A DNA stretch of 64,000 bases from Octopus sinensis (Eukaryota), in the NCBI RefSeq assembly GCF_006345805.1, contig NC_043002.1, positions 31,930,001 through 31,994,000 of the forward strand, written 5' to 3'. Shown one piece after another: positions 25,497-38,071 of the stretch. Position 1 is the stretch's first letter, and every line of letters starts with the position of its first letter. The notes below the pieces were generated by a model that was not told where the DNA came from, searched no databases, and was given only the letters and a program-made list of their open reading frames with translations. Both the position numbers and the translations under genes were made by a program.

Positions 25497-26640
25497 TAAA
25501 TCTCCTGGGCAATACGGTATTTCCATAGCTCTGTACAAGCATGGACGTAGAGAGCTTCTAAGAAAGCGGCGCAAATTGATCTATTTGATCTGGAGAACTG
25601 CATCTGCTCCCTAGCAGTCCGAGGATGCATCTGTAGCGCACATGTACAAAAATCAAAGGACGAAGAATGTATGTGATAACCACAGGGGAGTAATTTTGCG
25701 AGGATAATTCTTAACCATATCAATAAGTATGTAGTAAACAGCGTATACCCTAAATCTCAATGTAGATTTCAGGCTGAGAGAGGCTCAGTTGACAGGATTT
25801 TTGCCCTTAGGCAAGTTCATGGAAAAGCACATGCGCAAAATACTGACTGTACATGTTTTTTTCAACTTGACCAAAGCCTTCAAGAAACTGAATCGTGAAG
25901 TACTTTGGGAAATTTTGTCAAAAGTTGGCCTTCCTGATAAAATGACAAGTGTAATATTATCTTTGCACGAAAGAATGATGGCAATAGTAATACCTATCGT
26001 TCAACGTTCAGTGGTATTTTCTGTTTCCAGTGAAATTAAACAGGGCTGCGTTTAAGCTTCTGTACATTTTGCCATATTCTTTTCGCTACAGCTCCAACAT
26101 GCTTTTAAGAATAACCATGAAGATGTAAAAATTCCGTTTTGCACAGATGGAGGTCTACTAAACCTAAATAGGCAAAGCTTCAGATCAAAGAACAAGGCCA
26201 AGGAAAATTTTCTATACGGTTTTCTTTTGGCTGATGATTTCACTTTGATTTCTTATACATTTGATGGAATTCAGGAAATATTTGAGAAGCTTACTGCGGC
26301 TGCTCATGCATTTGGGATGACTATCAGCATTTAGAAGACTGAAGTTTTATTCCTACCGAAGAATAGGATGGAACATACTCAAGATTCTAACGTGATAATT
26401 GACAATGAGCCGCTGAAATGGGTCAAGTCATTTGAATATCTTGGAAGTACAGTAAACTTTAAGAGTACTCTAGATGACGGAATCGATGCTAGAAAATATA
26501 AGGCTACAAGTTTTGTTGGAAATCTTCTGATCGTTTTTGGAATGAAGACCGTATCAGTTTGAAAACTAAAATAAGTGTATACAAAGTGTATTTTGGGCAA
26601 CGCAGAACAATGGAGTCCCTACTAAGGATATATAAATCAT
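25497..26640 (+). mobile_element. RTE (BovB-like) LINE reverse transcriptase fragment, decayed
   Basis: KSPG, SQCRF..RGSVDRIFALRQ, FNLTKAFKKLNREVLW, IKQGCV, LLADD, GMTISI*KTEV, FEYLGS, ISLKTKISVYK. Confidence 0.9.
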
Positions 26641-26726
26641 AGTGAAACGTTTTTCATCTATTGTCTGCGCAGTATCTGCAACATATGTATGTATGTTTGT
26701 ATTATGTATGTATGTATGTATATATG

Positions 26727-26762
<36 letters not shown>

Positions 26763-27452
26763 TGTATGTATGTATGTATGTATGTATGTATGTATGTATG
26801 TATGTATATATGTATGTATGTATATAGGTATACAGGTGTGTGCTTGATATTTTTGCTCCACTAAATTTTCATCCTCTAACAGTTTGAAGTTATTGTTGTT
26901 GCTGTTGTATTACTATCAGAATTTTATTGGTCTTCCTTTTCTTCCAAGAGTTCTTCAGGATTATTTTTTCAGGATAACAACATGGAATTATACTTTCCTT
27001 TTTGTTATTAGTTTCAATCTTCTTTTCAAATTTCAGCTTTTATCTTACCTTCTCTCTCACCGTTAGTTTTTCTCCATTTCCTTCATGCTTATCTAGCTTT
27101 ATACCAAACGAGCTATTACTTCGGACTTTCCCCTTTAGAATTTTGTTTCTTGTGGTGATATATTTGTATTTTCATTGCTAATCTTTCGTTATCAGTGACT
27201 TTTTACTGTAATATATATTTCTTCTCATCATTCCACTTTTGTAACTCTCTCCAGATTCACGCTTTATACAGTTAGAATGGCGATAAATAATACCTGGCTG
27301 CATAAGCATAGATGCAAGAATATATATATATGCAGATGCAAAAGTAGAAAAGGAATATTAGTAGTAATACGGCCTAGATGAAGCTGTTCAATTGCAAAAT
27401 GGACGAAATGCCGAAAAACCAATATATATGTATATGTGTGTGTGTTTGCATG

Positions 27453-27498
<46 letters not shown>

Positions 27499-27521
27499 AT
27501 ATACATATGTATGTATATATA

Positions 27522-27570
<49 letters not shown>

Positions 27571-27589
27571 TATATATATATATATATAT

Positions 27590-27650
<61 letters not shown>

Positions 27651-27792
27651 GCATGTATGTATGTATGTATGTATGTATGTATGTATTTATATACATATAT
27701 ATAGAGAGAGATATATAATGATGTATATATATGATAAACGAATTATATTTAAGAAATATGAAAGTATGTATTTCATGAAATGAAATGAATTG

Positions 27793-27825
<33 letters not shown>

Positions 27826-27894
27826 ATATATATATCAATTCATTTCAGAGAGAAAGAGAGAGAGTGAGAGAGATGTATATATTTGTGAGTGTCT

Positions 27895-28095
27895 GAGTTT
27901 TTGTCTCCGTGCCATCACTTGACAACCGATGCTGGTGTGTTTATGTCCCCGAGGCATAGCGATTATGTACAGTGACCGGTGCAAAAAGTACTAGACTCAC
28001 AAAGAATAGTCCTGGCGTCGATTTCTTCCACTAAGATCCTTTAAAGCGGTGCTCCAGCATAGCCGCAGTCAAATAAATGAAACAAGTAAAAGACC
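27895..28095 (+). mobile_element. Family-B SINE 3' half
   Basis: cttgacaaccgatgctggtgtgtttatgtcccc...gcggtgctccagcat. Confidence 0.8.
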
Positions 28096-28869
28096 GAAAG
28101 AATACGCGTGTGCGCATGTGTGTGTGTGTGTGTATGTGTGTGTGTGTGTGTGTGCGTGCGTGTGTGATGTATTTCGAATGGGCTTTCCAGGGTGCAAATG
28201 CGGGCAAGACTATTAATGGTGGATTAATGGCTTTCCATACATGTTAATGTCGTTGCTATACGCTGTAGGAGTTGTACAAATGAAGCTAAACATAGATGCA
28301 CTCTAGAATCATTCTTATCGCAGGAGTTGCCGTCTGAAAACTTTCCAGATTGTAAAACAGATGTGGTAAGACATCCCTTCCGATGTTCTAGCAATTACGA
28401 AGAACCAACTGGACATTTGCATTTATTTATAAAATCATTCTTGGCCTTATTTCTCTCAGTTTTCAAAAGGCCAGAAAGGACACAGCAAATAATTAATCTG
28501 ATGCTTCCATTTCTTTGTTTAATATTCATCAAAATCTGATGAATATGAAAATATCAGATGGCCAATATCTTACAGAAAAGCAATGTTAACTTATATAGTA
28601 AGTGTTGTATTTCAATATTTTCGAGACTCTCGGAATTTGGCTCTCTTTACAAATCGTGGACCTACTTCGACTAGTTTCGTGTCGTAGTTAAGAGTTGTAT
28701 CTTAATGCGCACTGAAAGTGAATTTAATATCTCTAAGTCTTAGTAATAGTTCGTTATGAAGAAAAATGGTTTTCTCAATATTTTCTCTTAGATACTTCAG
28801 ATATTTTTTCTGTCTATATATATAAAAACTATGTATGCGAGTTTGTATATATATATATTTGTATGTATG

Positions 28870-28936
<67 letters not shown>

Positions 28937-28950
28937 ATATATATATATAT

Positions 28951-28986
<36 letters not shown>

Positions 28987-30299
28987 TGTATGCATGCATG
29001 TATGTATGTATATATGTATGTATGTGTATGAATGTATATATATATATATGTATGCGTGTGCATGTGTGTGTATGTGCGTGTGTATGCTTGTATGTATGCG
29101 TATATGCATTGGATGTACGTATGTCTATATTCAAACTGTAATGATAAATAAACAAACTTAAGATACTTATTTAGAAAAAAAAGCTATTCAACTGAAAGAT
29201 AAACGAAATTTTATATTGAGTCCCACCCAGCAAGAAATATAAAGATTGAAAACATTAAAGAGGAAATACTTGTGATTTAGTTTGAGATGCAACGCACACA
29301 AGTATAATTGTAGTCTGAGTCGCCCCACAACAACAAAAAAATGAAAAAAAAAATCATAGATAAAATGAACATGAGGTTTCTTCGGTATTTTCTAATGCCA
29401 GGCAGTTCTGGTATACATGTCAAAAGCTTTCTCGGTACATCCCAACGTTCACTCATTTTTCTTAATTCTTTGCTCCTCAGTCACTATTTTGTTCGGCTTG
29501 CAAGGGATTTAAAACAGTTGCTTCATTCAGTTTGTGCCAAATTTGTAGATACTGTTTATGTAAGCAGGCGGTTGATAGTTTTTCTGGCAAATCAGTGTAT
29601 TCACTCGCGGTTACAACATTTGCGCATGCAAATTTCACTCGTCAATCTGACATTCCATAGTTATTTTACTTATACATACCAATAGCATTCTGTAGAACGT
29701 CAACGTCATAAACCTGTATCCGACCATTAGCTCTCTTCCTCGTGCTTTCTCACAATTGTGATGGCAATTCCAAAGATTTTTAGGTTAGTTTTACTGTTGG
29801 TGTCGTTACAGTTTCTTTCCAGAGAGACTTGTGCCTTCACATGCGCTTGAAGAAATCTTTTTTATATTTCTTTCATTTCACAGCTTACACAAAATTTGTT
29901 TTATTTTTGCCAAGGAAATCTTTTTGTTTTACGAAGGTATTTTTCTTCAACCCTCGGTGAGCAATTTGTGGATAAGAAGAAAACAGAGTTAATACTAGTT
30001 CGATGAAGTTGATTTCTTCAAAGGCAAAGTTTTTCGTGAAACACATTGAGTTCATGTTCAGCAATTAACTTCCGCATAAATGTTTGGTTGTGTAGAATAT
30101 CCGTATAGTGTAGTAAATTTTAATACTTTGGTATCTTAAGTAAAGATATAATGAAAGTGGTGTGAACTGATTTTCATGAGTAGACACATCCGATTCAGTA
30201 ATAAATTTTACTCGGATAATCCAGAAAAGATTGTAATCCAATTTACATAATAAACAATCTCATAGCTAACTTTCAGCTCTTGAATCACTTTTGCAAGCT

Positions 30300-30303
30300 T
30301 CTG

Positions 30304-30375
<72 letters not shown>

Positions 30376-30390
30376 TTATCTATCTATCTG

Positions 30391-30482
<92 letters not shown>
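30300..30482. repeat. (ATCT)n tetranucleotide microsatellite
   Basis: Direct reading; source of the IYLS ORFs. Confidence 0.95.
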
Positions 30483-30570
30483 AATGCATGTATATATAAA
30501 CATACACAAGCATTCACAGTCACACATACACATAAGATGTGTATGTGTTTATTTTATCTGTTCTTTTAAT

Positions 30571-30830
30571 TCTTTCAGTTATTTGGCTGCGGCCATGCTG
30601 GAGTACTGCCTTGAGATTTTTAGTCGAACCAGTTGACACTAAGACTCATTTTTGTTAAAGCCTAGTACAAACTTCTTTGTTTCCGTGTACCAAATGCACT
30701 CACAAGGCTTTGCTATGCCTGAGACTATAGTAGGAAACATTTACACAGGGTGCTACAGTGTGGGACAGAACCTGAAACCACGTGTTTGGAGAGCAAGCTT
30801 CTTACCACACAGCCACGCTTGCGCCTACAC
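30571..30830 (-). mobile_element. Family-B SINE, internally deleted
   Basis: ggctgcggccatgctggagtac...cttaccacacagcc. Confidence 0.8.
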
Positions 30831-31099
30831 ACAGACATACATATATATTTATATATGTATATATAAAATGGCGGTATATCATTGCACTTAATCTTTGTTT
30901 TTTTTCGCTTGTTCATCAAACTTCCCCATTTATCTTCCTTCTTGCCCTTTTTCTTCACATTATCGCCTCGTGTTATTCTTTCTTTCTCTATTTTGAGATA
31001 AATGAAAGAAACGTCTTATGAAAAATGTGGGCGTTGTCAGAGATATTTAGTTACGACTTTCTGATTTTTGCAATCTGCCGCATAACAATAATATTATTA

Positions 31100-31145
<46 letters not shown>

Positions 31146-31151
31146 ATTATT

Positions 31152-31193
<42 letters not shown>

Positions 31194-31194
<1 letters not shown>

Positions 31195-31436
31195 GTGATG
31201 ATGATGATGATAATAATAACAATAACCTTTCTACAATAGGCACAAGACCTGAAATTGTGTGAGAGGAGTGTAGTTGATTACATTGATCCCGGTGCATAAA
31301 CGGTACTTAATTTATCGACCCCGAAAGGATGAAAGCAAAGTCAACCTCGACAGAATTTGAACTCTGAACGTAGCGGCAAACGAAATACCGCCAAGCATTA
31401 CGCCCTGTGTGCCAACGATTCTGCCGGTTTGCCGCC

Positions 31437-31492
<56 letters not shown>

Positions 31493-31757
31493 TAATAATA
31501 ATAATAATAATAATGGTGATGATGATGATGATAATAATAACAATAACCTTTCTACAATAGGCACAAGACCTGAAATTGTGTGAGAGGAGTGTAGTTGATT
31601 ACATTGATCCCGGTGCATAAACGGTACTTAATTTATCGACCCCGAAAGGATGAAAGCAAAGTCAACCTCGACAGAATTTGAACTCTGAACGTAGCGGCAA
31701 ACGAAATACCGCCAAGCATTACGCCCTGTGTGCCAACGATTCTGCCGGTTTGCCGCC

Positions 31758-31760
<3 letters not shown>
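31194..31760 (-). repeat. 321-bp-period tandem duplication, each unit a family-A SINE plus AAT/GAT tract
   Basis: ggtgatgatg... begins at 31194 and 31515; SINE portions look identical. Confidence 0.92.
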
Positions 31761-31820
<60 letters not shown>

Positions 31821-31899
31821 TGATGATGATGATGACGACGACGATAAAAATAATAAAAGTTTTACACTGGAATCATTCTCAAAAATGAAAATTTGAAGC

Positions 31900-32360
31900 T
31901 GGAATTACATTGGAAGGTAACCGGATCGAAAACGTGGAGAAAAGCAAAATTTTCAGGGTTTACCTTTTAAAACGGATAAGAAGCTTGAAAGTAAGAAACC
32001 AGACAACCAGACATGGCAATAACAGACAAAGAAAAGTGAAGATGCTTACTAATTGAACTATCATGTGCGTTTGATTCCAAGATTTTAAAAGAAGCGAATG
32101 AAAAATTAAAAACCATATAACACCTCAAAGTTTGAAATTGCAAAAATTTAGAGTATGTAAACTGTAAAGATTGCGTCTGTAATAATTGGTGCATTGGGAA
32201 CTAAGCGTAAAGATATAGAAAAATGGTTTAAGGAGATTGTAATAGAATGTTCTGTAGAGTTTCTGCAGAAAGTTTGCCTCTTAGGAACAGGACGGATTAT
32301 CAGAATTGTTTAAAGACTATTGAAAGATTATGGCTACCTAAGGTTACAGGTGGTAACTGA
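31900..32360 (+). mobile_element. Degenerate R4/Dong-type RLE C-terminus (third family)
   Basis: TDKKLESKKPD, CLLIELSCAFD, VIIGALGT, LQKVCLLGTGRIIRIV*. Confidence 0.72.
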
Positions 32361-32469
32361 AGTCAAATCATCAATGATGATGATGAGGAGGAGGATGAGG
32401 AGGAGGACGAAGAGGAGGAGGGGAGGAGGAGGAGAAGTGGGAGGATGATTTCGAGAAACATGTCAGAAA

Positions 32470-32730
32470 AATAGTAGTTGTAGAGGCACTCGGAGCACTA
32501 ACAACCAAGTTCGAGAAGTATGTCAGACAAGCCCAAAAACACTGCTCTGCTGGGAACAGCTAGGATTTTGAGATTGATAATTGGGCGTTGAATGTCTCTC
32601 ACGATAATTAACAACCAAGTATCAAGCTTATAAAGTGCAGAAAGAGACACTGTGAGACCTCTGATTGCAGGTTGCTCTCCGTTTCGCAGAATCTATCAGA
32701 ACAAACAAGACCGAGCGCTCTGAGAAGTAA
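32470..32730 (+). mobile_element. Short R4/Dong-type 3' end (fourth family) with (AAC)n(AAT)n tail
   Basis: IVVVEALGALTTKFEKYV and TALLGTARILRLIIGR*, then UTR and tail. Confidence 0.68.
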
Positions 32731-32781
32731 AACAACAACAACAACAACAAAAACAACAACAACAACAACAACAACAACAGC

Positions 32782-32852
<71 letters not shown>

Positions 32853-32859
32853 CAATAAC

Positions 32860-32894
<35 letters not shown>

Positions 32895-32896
<2 letters not shown>

Positions 32897-33458
32897 GTAC
32901 CAGGCAGTGGCTCTCAGTACCAGGCAGTGGCTCTCATGGCTTCTGATCTTAACTGATTGGAAGTGTCATCATGTACATTGTTTTGTCTTGGTATAAAAGA
33001 TGGGCTACAGCAAATATTCTGCTCAATACCACAGATTTGCTTGTCAGTTGTTTGACCATAACCAGTTGAGCATGTCCCTTAGTGGCTGACAATACGTGCA
33101 TCTCTGATCACGAGCAGAAGTAGTGGGGGAGCATCATAGCCATGTGTTGAGAGGGATTCTTTGGAGTTTGAATAATTCACCTCTGGAAACATGGGTGTTT
33201 CGTTCAACATCCTAAAGCAACCCTTATTCAGGGACCTTTTGAGCAGGATGGGCTACTCGACCTGAAGAAAATTCTAACTGGGCACCACCTGCAAGGTCAT
33301 ATGCTGTTTATCTTGATATGAGATCACCATGTCGCGCACATATGGTTGTGATGCATGTGCCTGGTGTACCTTTATCAGACGGGTAGTCATGATGGGTATG
33401 CTGGGCTTCGTATATTTTACCCCAGTGTCACTTGATGGCATGCACTGCTCTCTCACTC
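32895..33458 (+). mobile_element. About 560-bp non-coding (AAT)n-tailed element with a 20-bp duplication at its 5' end
   Basis: Homologous to 2351-2839; cagtaccaggcagtggctct occurs twice (32895-32934). Confidence 0.82.
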
Positions 33459-33722
33459 AATAATAATAATAATAACAACAACAACAATGGTCGTGTGACA
33501 GCTAGCTGCCGGGAAGATAGATCAAATTTGAAACCATCACGTTGCAGAAATTAAGAATTCGCAAAAACTATAAATGAAAATTACGTCTAAATGTAAGCCA
33601 TCTCAGCAAACTGAAGGATTTTGCTTATATGGAGTATATATATATTTTTAAAATAGCTTCCCCCAGATGAGCCGTTACAGCAACGTGTGCGTAAAACGCA
33701 AGCACATTTCTATGCGAAAACT

Positions 33723-34045
33723 GCAAACCTGTGAGTAAAATTTAAAATTTTACATCTTAATTATACATACATCCATCATTATACAATACCTCTGTATATA
33801 TACACATTAATATTCCTTCTCGATCTCTCCCTGATGCATCAATAAAAATTATAATTATAATTATAATTGCGAAAGAAAACATCAACACATTGACCATCGG
33901 CGGTGTTCAGTTAAAAAAGTAAACGCTGTAAAAATGGAACCCATAACAAAGCCGACTAAAAAGAGAATGAATGGCGGACAGATAATCATAAATACTACGA
34001 AGCAGTTGATCTATGACTTACACACACTACTATGCAACCCCCGAT
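33723..34045 (+). mobile_element. Second 5'-UTR/ORF1-start fragment of the Tx1/L1-like family seen at 7039-7320
   Basis: Exact 21-mer gcaaacctgtgagtaaaattt shared with 7039-7059; GQIIINTTKQLIYDLHTLLC versus GQITMTIMKWLIYDLPTILC. Confidence 0.6.
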
Positions 34046-35470
34046 TATATTGATATGTTAACGATGCTTCTATTTCTATTTTGTGATCTACGCTTCGTGT
34101 GTTTACGTTATGTTGACCTAATCTCATTTCTCTGTCGTCCAGTTTTGCATTCGCGAGGGCACGTGCATATTCATATAGACTAATACTCATGAAACTTACA
34201 CATAAGCACATGTAGAAACATACAGCCACGTACACATAATATAAATCCAGTCGTAATTTATTTGGTGTGCTTCAGCGCATCACATATACAGCATGAGAGA
34301 AAAATCTCTTTACGGACATTACGTTAAGAATAATATATAACGGAGCGAGACGAGCAACTTCGCAGCAGCAACAATTGCATTTACCTCTACATGGAGTGTG
34401 TCGATGTTTCGGTATATTTATCAAAGCAAGAATTTCTTCTGAGAAAGTGATATGCATGTATACTGCATTAGCAAGCCTCAGCAATAGAAACGCATCTGTC
34501 GTTCTCGTGAATTATTGTGGCAACGATTTTCACCTACAAAAGATATTCTCCCTGCAAAACAATTTTCCGGTGATATTCAATCGGACCAGTATTCAGGCTA
34601 GCTATTCTCTAACGTCTAGATAAAGAAAATAGATTTCCTATCTAAAAGGTCAGGATCATTAAAAACAATAGAAACCAAAATGAACCTATCTGTAATAGTG
34701 GCAATACTGCAGAATGACTTTGGCTAAACAATACGTTAATACACGGTGAACCAGATCACCACAGCAGGAATGTACTAACAAAGTGTTTCAGCTCGCGTGA
34801 ACAGATAACCTAATTATAACCACAATATATGTACATATAATCTCACCCAAACAGTCAAAAGGACACACTGCATCGCTAGGTAGTGCTGAGTCTAACGATA
34901 TTACATAATTTACGTTGGACAAAGCTACCACGTAAATAGTACTACAAAATACAGTGAATTATATTTGACTGAAGAATATTATGTCATAAACCACCCGACA
35001 GTACTAATGAACGAAACATCAGAGAATAGTAATCACTTATCGACGTAAAAAGAACATTTCGGGATCCCTTTTCGAGCGAACAATCACATTTATAGACACA
35101 TACCCCACCAACAAATACATTAACACAAAGATGCCGAACCGCGAACCAAAGTAAATAATGAGTACGCTCATATATACCTAACAGAGGGCACATGCATCAA
35201 GTGTGTGTATGTGCCCACTATTAGGTGTTTGTGAGACTTCTATGTTTCTCCTTCACTTCCGATTGTTTCTATTATGGCTTGATGCACGACAATACGTATA
35301 TTTTTCAATTATTCTAAGTTTTTTAAATCGATTCTACAATTTCCTCCTTCCAAAGACAGGTTTAATCTGTTTCTAATTTGTGTTATCCATACCAAGTTTT
35401 TTTCTCCCTGTCATTTTTCTGTTGTCAGTTTTGTATTCATAATCGCAGGTACACCTACATATATTATTTT

Positions 35471-35673
35471 ACTCTTTTACTTGTTTCAGTCATTTGACTG
35501 CGGCCATGCTGGAGTACCGCCTTTAATCGAGCAACTCGACCCCGGGATTTATTCTTTTGAAAGCCCAATACTTATTCTATCGGTCTCTTTTGCCAAACCG
35601 CTAAGTAACCGGGACATAAACACACCAGCATCGGTTGTCAAGCAATGCTAGGGGGACAAACACAGACACACAA

Positions 35674-35706
<33 letters not shown>

Positions 35707-35866
35707 CATAAACACGACAGGCTTCTTTCAGTTTCCGTCTACCAAATCCACTCACAAGGCATTGGTCGGCCCGGGGCTACAGCAGAAGACACTTGCCCAA
35801 GATGCCACGCAGTGGGACTGAACCCGGAACCATGTGGTTGGTTAGCAAGCTACTTACCACACAGCC
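35471..35866 (-). mobile_element. Near full-length family-B SINE
   Basis: Complete head-to-tail match with internal (CA)n(TA)n. Confidence 0.9.
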
Positions 35867-36939
35867 ACATTCACTTAAATTTAGACATATTCCTTTCACA
35901 TATGCACAGATACCTACAGTTACCTACACGATATAAATCCAGACACAATCTATTTGGTCCACGTGAGTATAGTCTACGGAATATCCAAAAAGAATCGAGG
36001 CAAAATTGCGAATAAATCTACAAACCATTAGGTAGAGGAAAAAGTTTGTGCGCCATGTTAAAATAATGCTTCTTTTTTAAAAATATTTTTGTTTTGTGTG
36101 TTTTCTTTCAGTTCATTATTTTAATACGGTGCACGAACTTTTTCCTCAATTTAGTAAAGGATTAGATTATTAGTTATAAGAAGAGAGGACCACGATGTTT
36201 CGGGCAATGGTCTTTCGTCTAGAAACTAAAAAGAAGGAAAGAAAAGTTATAATGAAAACATAGAAGTTAAAGGTAAAGCAGTATTATTTATAAGGAAAGA
36301 TCATGGTGAATTATAAAATGGAAAAGGATTGAATGGAAATGTATACAATTATAGAACGCTGTTTACAGCTGAAAGCGTAAGAATAGCTAAGATTGAAGAG
36401 GAGGGTTCAGGATAGTGTTAAATAGATGTATGTACGTATGTGTTGTCAAGGAGCACGTCAGAGATCATATTGTGTTAATGTACGCTTTTATGTTTTTGGA
36501 AAGAGGAACACACGCACACACAGACAAACATGAACACAACAGCTACATTGTCAACTACAATAGCGTAAATAACGAAAACTAAAAACAAACAAAGCAGCAC
36601 CAAATGATAAACGAAATCATATATATCGCCATAACAACTGCCATTATAAAAAAAACCACAGCAACAACAGAAATGATTACGATGAAGATTTTAACGATGG
36701 TGACGTCAGAGGAAACACGAAAATAGCCTTACTACTGGTCCAGCCACCCACTCGCTTCACAGAATATATTTTATATACTAATTTCCAAGATTTAGGCAAG
36801 ATACATCACACCACCATACACTGATATACACGTACCGTCATTTACGTGTGTACGTGCATATCTGTGCTTGTGTGATATTTATGTATTTGTACATGTGCAT
36901 GATCATATATACACACACACACATGCACACAGACACAGC

Positions 36940-37000
<61 letters not shown>

Positions 37001-37083
37001 TCATACACATACGTTGTTATATGTGTATGTCTGTAAATGCTCATGTATGTAATTGTATATACATATATTTTATTAGTCAAATA

Positions 37084-37995
37084 CACAGGTGTTCCGACTA
37101 AATTTGACGGTTACGAAAAAGGAAATGAAAGCACAAAATTCTTGTAACGAAGTCAAGCGGAATAACCCAAGCAGATATAAATGTATTATTAAAAATTCAA
37201 AGTATATCAAGAAAATTATGACTGGGAGATAACAGTTTACTGAAAGTAGCCACCCTCAGATTCTGTGAAAGCCTGAACCCGACTCCGGATAGTGGTACAC
37301 GTGATAATCATTGTGGCAAGTTTTATAGAAACCACTTTCATTGCATGTAGTTTTACCAACCGCATCCCACACATACTAATCCAAGTGATTACAATTGAAG
37401 GAATTAAGAGCACGAAATAGGAGCTGGTGAAGTCGAAGAAATTATTCAAAAACGCTTCTAATTCTCTCTATCGGTATGGCAAGGAGCCGAATCTTGCTGG
37501 TACACATATTGCCCTCCAGCAGCAACCCTTTCCAGTCAGCGTTTGATCTCAGTCTTTATCAGCGTCACATAGCCATCTGAATTGAGCCTCAAGACCTCTT
37601 CAAATATGCTGGGCGGTGTGACGTCATCCTCACTAGAGACATACCACAAAACCATCACAGTTAGGTTAACATGGTTTCTATGATGCGTGGGACATCACAT
37701 GGATTGTAGGCAAGCCACTTGTTGCTCTGAATTTTGTGCAACTGATCTTGGCGTAAGATCTTTAAATCTAAGAAGAACCAGATTACCTCCAGCGCAACAT
37801 GATATTCTAGCTTGTTAAGAAGCTTCTTTGTCTTCGCTGAGCGATTTTCCTTGGCTGTCAGAATTGATCCCTTCTGCACCATTTGTACTAGTCGTAGCGA
37901 CGGTCCACATCCTGGGTCATGTTTATGGTGGAAACTTCAACACTCGTGTCTATCCCGCCAAAGCCCCGGACATATCATCACCTTCTCCTGCAATT
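37084..37995 (-). mobile_element. Decayed mariner-like (DD37D/maT-type) transposase with one TIR
   Basis: WFF, WLAYNPCDVPRI, TVMVL..VSSE, RLNSDGYV, YQQDSAPCHT, DCNHLD*YVWDAV, SRVQAFTESEGGYFQ*; TA|cacaggtgttccg at 37082. D-to-D spacing was not counted across frameshifts. Confidence 0.82.
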
Positions 37996-38029
37996 TTGGA
38001 TGTATGTGTGTGTATACATAAATACATAC

Positions 38030-38064
<35 letters not shown>

Positions 38065-38071
<7 letters not shown>

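Noticed and set aside
28535-28560. ctgatgaatatgaaa as a hammerhead
   Set aside because: No viable stem II or stem I geometry; expected by chance in AT-rich DNA.
29340-30240. Possible decayed DNA-transposon coding region (minus strand)
   Set aside because: No motif I could assign; needs a translated search.
31090-31820. Repeat-spacer pattern suggestive of CRISPR
   Set aside because: Eukaryotic microsatellite plus a duplicated SINE; the spacers are identical and there are no cas genes.
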